This document shows positions 1 through 10,713 of a DNA stretch of 64,000 nt, one piece after another (within the stretch, counting starts at the first letter, position 1; each line of letters opens with the position of its first letter). The translations under genes and the position numbers were made by a program. This DNA comes from Paraphysomonas bandaiensis (Eukaryota; Protista; Chrysophyceae): contig CBFFRP010000217.1 in assembly GCA_965644295.1 (NCBI GenBank), positions 415,885 through 479,884 of the forward strand, given 5' to 3'. A model generated the notes under the pieces. It did not search any database, had not been told where the DNA came from, and saw only the letters and a program-made list of their open reading frames with translations.

Positions 1-2174
1 AAGATGAGTGGAGTACTGTCGTTCAACATCCTGCCGACATGCGCCCCCCACTCGCACCACATCAATAACACGGGACTCCGCGCTCGCCATAAAGCATATC
101 TGTATATAGGACCACAATATGATTTCCACATGGATGGATATGGTAAAACGACTTATGTGATGTAAATGACAAATGTACAAGAAAAAGGGCTACACACGTA
201 TGTACACACCTGGGGTCCAGTGGAAAAACTGAATACCGCTCCGCAACGCAGATGTGATCCTCTTGGTATGTTCTGATACTGATCCCCATTTCCATCGACC
301 ACTGTTTCACTCTGTTCGCTCGTTGCTGTCGTCGTCGGTATCGATGTCGGGGATACAGGATAGCAGACTACTCGCTTGGAAACATAATCGTACAAAAACA
401 CTGCCCCTGATATTAGTGTTATACACACAATATCTCCTGCTGGAGTAATGGTAGAAGAGTCATGGCTCCACGGGTGGCTGCAGGGACGAGTGTAAGGAAG
501 GGAGAAACTCAGCACCGGGCTGTATTCGGGCAATGAAATAGCCTCAAAATTCGAGGGTAGATTCCTCACTGGAGGGTCCCAAATACAAATACGGTACACA
601 CACTCAGGGCTAGCGACACACCCGAAAGACGCTACCTTCAGTTTCGATACATTCCACAATGCTAGAACTCCACTCTTAGTGGCGGAAAGGATGATGTTAG
701 GTTCCTTGGTTAGCTCTAAAGCAACCACCTCGCAATGTGGCCCTGCCAATGAACGAGTGTCTGCAAGGCCGAGCCATACTGGTGCAACCTCACCTCGCAT
801 CCGAGCACGTTTACCAATAGCCCAGGATTGCAGATGACCATGTGCTCCACCAGCTACCACATATAAAGTGTCAGGTGTTTCAGCAGGAAAACTGACGATG
901 GAAGTATATCCCCCTCGTCCTCCTCTACCCAGAATCAGTGAGCACACGCAGGAGGTGGTGTTCAAATCATAGATGTGTACAGATGTGAAAAATCTGAAGG
1001 CAACTGCAACTTCATCTGCACCTCGAGATGGAAGCCACACTAAGTCGGAGATGTCTTTGCGAGTGTGCACAGTCCTCACAGGTTGCACATGGCGCAGACA
1101 GTTGCGTTCAGAGGGATTCAACCGTTCTCTTCGCTGAAGAAAGCAGTGTACTTCGTCAAAGTCATATACACGAATTGTCCCATTAGTTCCTCCAACTGCA
1201 AGTAATACTCCGTCTTCCGAAAATTTCATACAACTACAGCCCAACCTCAAAGTCGAATCCAGAGTACTATCCATCGTGTCTTTGAGTTCTACAGGCTGAG
1301 GACGGTACCTGTGGGCAATAATAGAGCTTGTAGAGTTTGGAGACAAGAACATTGGCCGACCGTACTGAACCGGATCCTGAATAAATGGTATACGATACTG
1401 TGCGTATATGCTGGTGGAACGTGCTGCCACTGTGGGGCCAGATACGTTGTCAGTCTGAACAAAGTGGTCTGTAATAGCGGTCTGCACAGCAATCCTGTCG
1501 ACGTCTATGTCACATGACGGCAAGGATTCTTCTGCGTCCATACTCACAGTGTGTAAAATCTCATTGCTTTCATCCATACTATTGGTATCTTCTTGAGGGG
1601 CATTTGGAGTGGGTTCAACATCAACATTTGTTTCTGGTATACATATGGTTTCCGCTGGAGAGGGGAGAGAAGAGCTATGAACAACATCCTGTGATGAAGC
1701 TTCAGAAGTATTTGTAGTCGTGACATCAATCTTTGTTTCAGGTAGTTGTACATACATATGGGAGTAATCGTTATTCTTTGGCAGAGAGTTGTTAACGTGC
1801 ACGATATCTTTAGTCGATTTGTCTGTAGTTTCATCCTCATTAGTATTCCACATTCGAAAAGGACTGTTAATCTCTGCACGAATACTTTTCTTCGGTGGTT
1901 TATCGATTGAAAAAGGATTATATACACGACCATTAGACTCTAGTGATGTGCTATCAGTTAACGGACGCTTAACAGCCACTGAATTCTCTTTCTGTAGAAG
2001 ACTTAATTTCCCAGGAGCTCTAGAGGGTTGTTTAGATGGATTCTTCTTTACTGAAGGACGAGAGGGAGGGACAGAAGGGACTGTAGAGGGAGGGACAGGA
2101 GGGACTGCAGAGGGGTGACTCTTGTTTGTACATGATTTCTTTGGTTTTGAATAATTTATTAGAAATTTTTCCAT
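1..2174 (-). CDS. WD40-repeat protein with long disordered N-terminus (3' end runs off the window start)
   Basis: ORF 153..2384 contains WD-like blades (FSEDGVLLAVGGTNGTIRVYD, VVAGGAHGHLQSW, ILSATKSGVLALWN). Likely ATG at 2174 (MEKFL). A putative GT..AG intron at 209-152 continues the gene leftward. Confidence 0.7.
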
Positions 2175-2407
2175 TAAAAGTATGAGAGAATCATATGGAG
2201 TCGATGTGATGAACAGATGACGTGTTGATGTCGTGTAGATAGGGCTATAGGAGGTGAAGATGGTGATGTGGGACACTGTCGGGTCGATCGGATCTCTCGA
2301 CATGCATCTGCAGCAGTATGCATCTATACAGGCATCTATGCACAGGCGTACAGTACCTCTAGACTGTGTACATGGACTTGACACATTTCATAATTTGAAT
2401 ATTATAC

Positions 2408-2482
2408 AGAGTACAGCAGTACATGTATAGAGTACAGCAGTACATGTATAGAGTACAGCAGTACATGTATAGAGTACAGCAG
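2408..2482. repeat. 21-bp tandem repeat (AGAGTACAGCAGTACATGTAT) x~3.5 in the divergent intergenic region
   Basis: Direct reading; also seen as the repeated MYCCTLY in ORF 2359..2565. Confidence 0.85.
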
Positions 2483-2763
2483 AACATAACAGTATACCAG
2501 GATCCTGCGTGCTGTTGTATATCATAAACTGAAATATTTGTCTCTTCAAGATTTATTTCAACCAAAAAAATGGAACCTTATATATGGAAAAGTTGACCGT
2601 TGAAAACTAAACGACAAGGAGCCAATGCACCCATCATGCATAACCATCATATCATATTATACATCACGTTACTCTCCTCAATAGCCATACCAGTAACAGG
2701 AAAGCTTCCTGAGGTAAAGAAGAACATTTATAGGGTGGCTCTATTGAACAAAAAGTATTCAAT

Positions 2764-5227
2764 ATGGGAACTGTCGAGAAGATTGTAGATCACTTGAACC
2801 GTATGTGTGTGGATAAGAAGATCCAAGCAACTGAACGCTATGAAGAGCATTCGGCTTGGCTCACATCAGAGTTCGATAAAATTCGAGACCTTCTTCAGTA
2901 CAATTGTCCGAAGAAAGATGTGAGAGATGATGCGTCGGAAACAAGACAGAAGCGCAAGTCACCTGAAACATGCAGCCATGGGAGTCGGAACTCTCCAATG
3001 ACTAAGAGAACATCTGCAGACTACATGGAGCTTGCTGTCGCCGACGGCCTTCCAGCTGATTTAAATCGACTTAAGAAAGAAGAGCTTCTGGAAGCACTGG
3101 AGGCTCGTGGAAACAGCTCGATGACAATGAAAGCCTTGAAGAAGGATCTTATCGAAGCACTGAAGGATGTGTTGCTTGATATTCATCTCCGTAAGAACAC
3201 AGTTCCAGCGATGGCATCCACAGAAGATGAGGATTCCCCAATGGTTGAAAATAGTGAGGAAGAAGTTAAATCACCGGAAAGTGATGTGATGGAGGAAACC
3301 GATGTCAAGCAGGATATGATACTTGATACACCTCAGGAAACTGTTGCAGAGGAGGTGCCTACCTCCGAACGTAGACCATCCGCTGGTGGTTCTCCCGCTA
3401 GAAAGCAGTCTATTTTAGCTGAGGCGCGGTATCATGTGTCTGAGGTCCGCGCATCTATGTTGCAAGAAAGAGTGGAGAGTGAAGAGGACAGGTCCAAGAG
3501 GCTAGCCAGAGAGTATGAGGCTAGAAAGATGAGACACCGCAGCTCCCAAATCCGTCTTTCTCAGGTAACTTCCCGTCCTGAAGATATTATCAACCAACAA
3601 ACAAAGGAAGAGGGAGTCAGGAATACCGATGAAGAACAGGTTGTAGCTAGTGCTGAGGCCGAAGTGCAAGAAATGGACCACCACGAGGATGATGAAAACG
3701 GTGAAGAAGATACTTCTGTTGGAGAAACATGGAATGAAGTTCCCAGTCCTCACACTTCTACGTCTGCATCTCTTGCGCATGCGACTAAGACCTCTCAGGA
3801 TAACAAATCGAAGACTTTACCTGACCCATCCGCAGTGAGTAAGATCACTGCTGCTCTCGACACTCAGCCCAAGTCTGAGGAGCCTATGCACCCCACTTCA
3901 ACCCGAGCAGAGAAAGCAAAGACTTTACCTGCACCTGTTAAACCAGCTGAATCTGGTACTACTTCTGTTAGTCGTCCTGTCTCTGTAAAAGCCACGGACT
4001 CTGCAGATAGTGTGAACAGCAATGATTCGGATGCCTCGAATAAGAAGGGCTTCAAACTCACTAATCTAGTTGGAGGCAGTCAAACATCATTTCTTAGCAG
4101 TAGTAGCAACAATACGACCGCATCTACGAAACCTAAGACTGTGGTAAGTTGTTTACCTCTTTAAACTTTTAGAAATATGATCTTTTTGATTAGGTGCCAG
4201 CACTGCAAAAAGCAGCTCTGCTCAAGGAGAAAGAGGAGGCACGTGCCCTACAGAAGAAGAAGGAGCTTGAGGAAAAGAAGAAGGAACATATGAGAAAGCT
4301 ACAAAATGCAGCTCAGAACTCAGCTATTAATGCCTCTTCGTCGAAGCTTTTCCAGAGTTCTAAAGCAGCTGCCAAGCCTGTCCCTTCCTCTTCTACGACA
4401 CAGAAAAAGGGCTTCGGATGGTTCGGAAACAAGAAGGATGCTATCGTAAAAGAAGCGCCATCAAAAGAGCCTATTACTTCTTCTGCTTCAAGTACTGCTT
4501 CAAAGGCATCCAGTAAACCTGTGGCAGCTCCCGCTCCCCGTTCTGTACCTGCACCAAGTGCTCAGGAAGAGCCTCGAGCAGAGGTCATAGAGCAAGAAAA
4601 CCTGAAGCCTTCCGCTATTGCTGCTGCTACTCCAGCCGCTGCAGTAGTCCCACCAACTGCAGTATTGCAGGAGAAAAAAATTGTTGCGTCTGAGTACAAA
4701 ACCACTACGCCAGTTAAGACTGCTCATATGTCAGATAACTCTTATGAGGCGAGTCCAAGCCCTCCAAGAGAAGAGTACAAGATTGACGATAGGTATTTAT
4801 ATAATTGATGCCTCAAACGTCGATTTCTGATTAGCTGTGTACATAGAGATGACAGTAGTTCAGACGACGGGTCAGGAACAGACGATGACGACGATGACAA
4901 GCAGCAAATTCCAGAATGGGCTAAAGGTCCGAAGCTTCGAGAGGCACTTGAGAGGCAATACGGAGTTAACGGACACACTGCCGTTGACCCTGACCTTATA
5001 TTTCCTGATATTCAAACATGCAACCTGGAAGAAATATTTGGCCGTCGGGAGGGAAAATGTGGCAAGTGAGTGACTTTAATGTGGCGTAATTACGACAAGT
5101 TTCTAATGTGTTTGTGAGCAGGTACTCTGTTCGTACAAGTTCAGCCAAGTGGGATGCTGACCAAATAACATTGGTTGAAAAGAGAAAGTACCGCTGTCAG
5201 ATGGGTTTCTCGGCTAGCACTCTGTGA
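2764..5227 (+). CDS. INCENP: Inner centromere protein (chromosomal passenger complex) with an N-terminal SAP-like motif and C-terminal IN-box; 4 exons
   Basis: Exons 2764-4143, 4194-4792, 4847-5065, 5122-5227 joined by GT-AG introns. The spliced C-terminus DDDDDDKQQIPEWAKGPKLREALERQY...DPDLIFPDIQTCNLEEIFG...RTSSAKW matches the Aurora-B-binding IN-box pattern. Charged helical segment in exon 2. Confidence 0.85.
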
Positions 5228-5961
5228 TAATACTAAAGTACATGTCAGCAACACTTATTAACACTAGTATGCCTATGAAATCATATATTGGGTATTATAG
5301 CCCACCACCCGTGTAATAGAATTGTTTACATATATTCAGATAGCCATAACGCTACTATAATAACAAAGTTATAACGAAATTAGTGTTTGATTGATAAGTG
5401 CTTGATAACACAAGCAAGGAAAACTAATACTGGATATGAGTGCAAGTAAAGCTTTCATATCTACTTTAACGCCACAGGGTACTAACATTGTTAAATTTTA
5501 TTTCTGTGTCGTTCTTCTCTAACAGAAGTTGACATTATTTGCTAAGGTTTGCTATTCTCATTTGATAAGATGAAAATTATAAACATTACGTGATAAAGAA
5601 CCTAAGTTGTATTCGATGTGTTCAACACCATTCATTTACTACTATAGTGTACAAACCACACACTCAGTAATCGTATCCTGACCGTATGAAACCATCAGGC
5701 CCTAGACAGCGGCGACGCCGTCTCCGGCAACTCCACCTATGCCTGACGCCCAGACGGTGCACGGCGACAACGCCACATTCCACCACATCATCAACCTCTC
5801 AGCACACACATCTAGTGCTCGGTACGCTCAGGACCTTAATGCAGAACCCTGTACCTCAGAGCCTGGTGGAACCGCATCCCAAGGGGAGACCCCCGGACAA
5901 CACGCGCCAGTGAGTCCAAAGACACACGAGCAGGGAGAAACTCACAAACAACATTAAGAAC

Positions 5962-6276
5962 GGAAGTGGTTGCACCTTGGTGCATGCGGCGACGCACAAG
6001 CAGCTTCTGTAGCGTTAAATAGTAGGATAATGGAATTTGTACGGAGTAGTTATGGGTAGAAGTCTAACTAGTATGTCTAGCATTCAACTAGCCACTATAT
6101 TGGTACAGGTTTATAACGCCTATTGCTAAATAAAACGACTTTTAATAATAGGCGTTTAAGAGTCAGGACTAATTTAGCATTGAAATTTTACTAACTAGTG
6201 CTTAACTCTGATATCATACTATTTAACGCTACGAAAGCTGCTTGTGCCTTGTGCAACACCAAGGTGCAACCACTTC
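5962..6276. mobile_element. MITE-like element: two inverted copies of repeat module A (~67-bp arms GAAGTGGTTGCACCTTGGTG...AAATAGTAGGATA)
   Basis: 5962-6028 and 6211-6276 are imperfect reverse complements. Further single A arms at ~6760-6831(-), ~8279-8330(+), ~15964-16018(-), ~37170-37240(+), ~38069-38136(+). Confidence 0.7.
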
Positions 6277-6450
6277 TTCACTGAATTAACCTGGATTTGT
6301 GTCCAGTTTTTATATAAATCTACCCATCATACCCGCTGTGCTGGCGAGATCGTAGATATACTTTTCACATGAAGTACTTAATGTCTGATGACTAGATGAT
6401 ATATATAGCTGCAGTAAAATGACGATTTCTCGTTTCTACATTGAGGAGCA

Positions 6451-6695
6451 ATGTTGGAATACGTATGGTTCTCTAAGATAGTACTGTAGAATACGTTAAA
6501 TTCAATGTGAAAAACAGTAATATACGTAGTCAATAGTCAAAGTATTATATCACGACGATTCAAGATACGGAAGTGGTTCACATGAACGAAATAATTTATC
6601 ATGTTGTTGACATGTGTATAATAACATAATCTATCTAGTCTGATTAACTTTAACTTCTCTTAAAAAACGATATTCATTGTCTGAAAATGGTCAAT
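6451..6695. repeat. Dispersed AT-rich repeat module D, copy 1
   Basis: ATGTTGGAATACGTATGGTTCTCTAAGATAGTACTGTAGAATACGTTAAA...CTGAAAATGGTCAAT recurs in the same orientation at 12907-13215. Confidence 0.8.
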
Positions 6696-6840
6696 AGTCA
6701 ATATGCAAGAGTCAGAACTAATGTAGCAAAACAAGTTAACTTACTAGTATTAAACTCTGATATCCTACTATATAAAACGCTACAAAGCTGCTTGTGCGTC
6801 ACCGCAGGCACCAAGGTGCAACAACCACTTTCGCGCTGTC

Positions 6841-7041
6841 CTTAAGGTGAACTAGCACGGATGCTTGACTTCAGTAGTAGGTAGCCCAATACTCCAGATG
6901 CTCTTGAGGCCGGCCCACTCCCGGACACTTGACTTCTGCAGGCAGTTGTCTGGGCCCAAAAAAGACGTTCACACAAGTGCACTGTATCATGGCTATGAGT
7001 AGGCAGAACAATATCTCCGGTACTACAACACCACGAAAAGG
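6841..7041 (+). repeat. Dispersed hairpin-rich repeat module B, internally deleted copy, abutting an A arm
   Basis: Starts CTTAAGGTGAAC, includes GGATGCTTGACTTCAG and GGGCCCAAA..GACGT, ends CACCACGAAAAGG; matches the copies at 16.1-18 kb and 37.7 kb. Confidence 0.75.
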
Positions 7042-7459
7042 AAATAATTCATTAGCGATACTAGTACAGTTTTTCAAGAACTGCATTATACATCGTCATT
7101 ACAATATTATTTAATCTGCTACTATATAAAGATTTATAAAGTGATATAGGAAAGTCTGATTATTACATGAGAACGGTTGTGTACAGAAACTAGTTTATAT
7201 CTATAGACTAACTACAGTAATAACTAGATTTGCTATTTACTACTAGTGGCGGGCAACCGTCTCGGGACTGCTTGTGCATCGCTGCGAATATAAAGTGATA
7301 CCTGGTATCTGTTTTACATTCAAACGGTGTGAGATGTATATGTAGGCACTCGATACACTTTCTGTGAAATTGATGTTGCGTCCGAAATATGGCACCGGAA
7401 CACACCGGCCGTATAATACCCACCCCATGATCACTGATTTTTAATCTCTTCGTGATCAA

Positions 7460-8277
7460 TTGACTTTAGAGAATTTTACTGCGCTCCGTGACCAACTCTA
7501 CGATCGTGCACCTGGATACTGGAAAGAGAGCGGTGCCTTACTTCAGCACAAACTAGCCCTGGCAGACTGCGGTCGATCTAAGGTTAAGGACAGTTCACAA
7601 CTACTCAATACAGCGCATACTCAATACAACCCTGGCATAGAGCAAAACCTTTAGCATTCGTTGTAATAGAGCTAAACAAGCCAGATGCTCCGACTGTGGC
7701 TTTCGACTTGACTCTCTCAAACACATGTGTCTTGATTGCCCTCATGCCTCCATCTCTCAGATACGAGTATCCGCCTTTCAGAAACAAAAGGAGTGTAGTT
7801 CGTGAACTCCTAGGATACCCGATCGTACCACCTTGGAGTACCGCCATTTTCAAGAAACTCTCCAGCAGAGCCAGGAATACCTCACTCCCGCAGGAGAGAT
7901 TCTGGACAGGTATACTATCACCGAGGCTCAAATGGAAAGCGTTTTTGGAGCACAATACAACTGTTCCTTAAATTCGTGTGGCCTTCATGCTCTAGAAAAC
8001 GCAGTTGTCACCCTTCTTCAATCGCTTAACGCTGCAGCGAAACAAATGCTCCAGGATTGCAGTTGTCGTCATACCACCAAAGGGGCCACATCGACTACCC
8101 CCCAGGCCGTGTCAACGACGTGGCAACACACGGCAGAATCCATGGGTTACCCCCAGACCGCATCAAACACGTGGCAACACACTTTTTAAATGTAGCAACA
8201 CCCAGCGGAAAGTGTCTAATCCCTTCTGTACTTCAAGGACTCGCTTCCATAGAGAGCTTCTCTCTACATACAAGAAC
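7460..8277 (+). pseudogene. Fragmented coding remnant, possibly a transposon-borne Ulp1/C48-like cysteine protease fragment
   Basis: Short overlapping ORFs in different frames. The motif QYNCSLNSCGLHAL resembles the C48 catalytic Q-x-N..CG motif. Bracketed by repeat modules A and B. Confidence 0.3.
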
Positions 8278-8785
8278 GGAAGTGGTCGCAACCCACAAGC
8301 AGCTTCTGTAGCGCTACATTGTAGGTTATGAGAATCTGTACTAGTTAGCCAACAGATAGAAGTCGATATTAGCATTCAACTAGCCACTATATTGGTACAG
8401 GTTTCTAACGCCTATTGCTAAATAAAAAGACTTTCAATGTAGAAGTCGATATAGCTTGACTAGTCTTCATCTAACTACTTATCTGGTGATGGTTCTTTAC
8501 GCCTACTGCTAATAATAAGATATAAGAAAACTAAGATATAACTTTGTGATGCAATTGTATGATAGTTTGTAGCATGTGGTTAAATTACTGTTTCTGAATC
8601 GATTGATCACAAGGTTAGTGAAGTGCATTGCACGGAAGTTATAGCAAAAATCCCATCAAGTGACATCCAACGCACTACTTAAATACTAATATACAGTGCA
8701 TCTTAAGGTAAGTGAAATAGTAGAACATATTAAATCTATGAAAACAAGAGTATGACACCATTTGCTCCAGTCAAATCAATGTCAG

Positions 8786-10036
8786 CTACTGTCCAATCAC
8801 CATAACTACTCCATTGTCAAGGATATTTAGCTCACTCCCACGAAGACAGACGTCATTATTCTTCAGTACTTTTCCTTTGTATATCAGTTTCAACTTCGTG
8901 GACCCAATACGAAGTTCTTTCGCTATGAGAGATTTAAGTGAAAGTACCGTAGCAGTAGTGGGTACAGTCTTCAAGGAATAATTCTTTCCCTTGTATGACA
9001 CTCTAAGCGGGAATGTATCTACAGAGTCTGTGGGTGTGGATGTGATCTCGTTAGCAACGCTGGAGAGGTGACGCAGATGGGAAGCGTCAGTCTGACGTTC
9101 TCTTGCTCCATCAAGGCGGACAGTATAGTAGAGCTCTACGTCATCCCGGTGCACAGCCACCACTACTCCTTCTGTGTATACCCCAGAAGAGGATACATGT
9201 ACAATACGGTCCCCTACCGAGAACTCAGGCGGTGAAGGAGAAACTGTTGTTGAGATATCCACTGTGTCAGAGTCAACTTTCTCGCCTCGTTCAGCATCTC
9301 GAACTTGTATAGCACTCTGTGCCTCCGATATTTTACTTGTAGAAATTGGAGATAGATTCACACAGCTGAACTCATCTAAGCACTGAGGCAGTGGAAGATT
9401 CCGATCTATCCAGTCGATATCCCTTCGACTGGCCACATGGCATTCCAGGCCCATGTCTCCAGGACGCACAGCGGTGCCAAAAGCAAGTTGAGGATAAGCT
9501 TGAGCAATATAATGAAGTGCCTCACCGAGGGTTGTATGCTTGGAGAAAAACACATACTTGTTCTTGGCAGACACTGCAAAAGCTACCTCGAAAAAGAATC
9601 TGTCTTCAGGGGCGATAGAATCGTTCCCTGTCGCCCTATTTTTGAATAGTATCTGTTTAGTTTTATCCGCAATACTCTTCTGTTTACCAGATTGTGAGTC
9701 TGATACTCTATCAAGACGATCTATTTTATCTCGTGTGTTGTCTGATTGCGAGTCTCTATCCACATGCGTTGTCCTGATATTATAATGAAGTCTGTTACTT
9801 CCACTTGTATCACTATCAAATCTTCGTTCTACACCATCAAATAAAGCTTTCACTGATTCTCCTTCAGTTCTTTGACTGCGTTTCTTTGAATATGATGGAG
9901 ATGCAGTCTGTGAGTGACAGTTATGAGCATATCTGCTCCTGTGATCCAAACAATACACATGACCGCATAAATCACATGTAAAGGGAAGGAAATCTTTAAT
10001 TTGACAATCAGGATAATTGCATTCAGTTCCTTCCAT
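8786..10036 (-). CDS. AN1-type zinc finger protein (ZFAND1/Cuz1-like) with an added SH3/Tudor-like barrel and a C-terminal ubiquitin-like domain
   Basis: N-terminal CNYPDCQIKDFLPFTCDLCGHVYCLDHR..H.C is an AN1 finger. KNRATGNDSIAPEDRFFFEV opens the ZFAND1-type Ubl. FSVGDRIV...GVVVAVH...YYTVRLD is an SH3/Tudor-like barrel. TVLSLKSLIA...KLIYKGKVL is ubiquitin-like. Intronless 416-aa ORF. Confidence 0.8.
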   Translation of the reverse strand: MEGTECNYPDCQIKDFLPFTCDLCGHVYCLDHRSRYAHNCHSQTASPSYSKKRSQRTEGESVKALFDGVERRFDSDTSGSNRLHYNIRTTHVDRDSQSDNTRDKIDRLDRVSDSQSGKQKSIADKTKQILFKNRATGNDSIAPEDRFFFEVAFAVSAKNKYVFFSKHTTLGEALHYIAQAYPQLAFGTAVRPGDMGLECHVASRRDIDWIDRNLPLPQCLDEFSCVNLSPISTSKISEAQSAIQVRDAERGEKVDSDTVDISTTVSPSPPEFSVGDRIVHVSSSGVYTEGVVVAVHRDDVELYYTVRLDGARERQTDASHLRHLSSVANEITSTPTDSVDTFPLRVSYKGKNYSLKTVPTTATVLSLKSLIAKELRIGSTKLKLIYKGKVLKNNDVCLRGSELNILDNGVVMVIGQ

Positions 10037-10178
10037 TAGTGATAATTGTTATAGTAGATGGATGGGAAGTTAATGTGTGTGTGGGGTATGATGCTAACCT
10101 TAACAAACAACTCACTTAAATAGTATGTGTAAATGAGGTATATATTATGTATAATTTAAGACATCATCATCACAAAAG

Positions 10179-10262
10179 GCATTCGTGTCCGAGTGGTCTA
10201 AGGAGCTGCACTCAAGTTGCAGTAGTCGAACGGCTGCGTGGGTTCGAATCCCACCGAATGCA
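10179..10262 (+). tRNA. tRNA-Leu (anticodon CAA), intronless
   Basis: Acceptor stem GCATTCG/CGAATGC plus discriminator A; anticodon arm CTGCA-CTCAAGT-TGCAG; long variable arm; T-loop GGTTCGAATCC; downstream T-run (Pol III terminator). Confidence 0.95.
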
Positions 10263-10713
10263 AATTTCTTTTTTGTTATTTCTACTCGTACATGCAGTTT
10301 TATAGTATATTGCGCAAAGCTATCGTTTTTTTGTTTTCGTTGAAAAAGTCAGCATTTTTTTAAGTGTCAAGGATCATATACGCATCTGATAGTGCAAAAA
10401 AAAAACGCCTTCTTATTACAGGTTTTTCCGCCTCTAGAGTATTGGCAGTCAGCATTTCACTTTTCGGAAATAAATTGAGGCAAATAGACTCTTTATTACG
10501 CAATACAACTACGGCTGGAATACAGATAATTGTTGTCTCAATATTAGAAGCATCTTTGAACAAAAATATACGAAGGATGCACCTCACCCAACGTGAGCGG
10601 CACGGCTCTGCCTGGTATCTCACAATCTAATTCTCGAGACTTGTCGTTGGCCACTTCGTCACGTCACTCTCCCAACAAGTCTGTGACAATATCATAACAA
10701 GACATAGCTGCGA

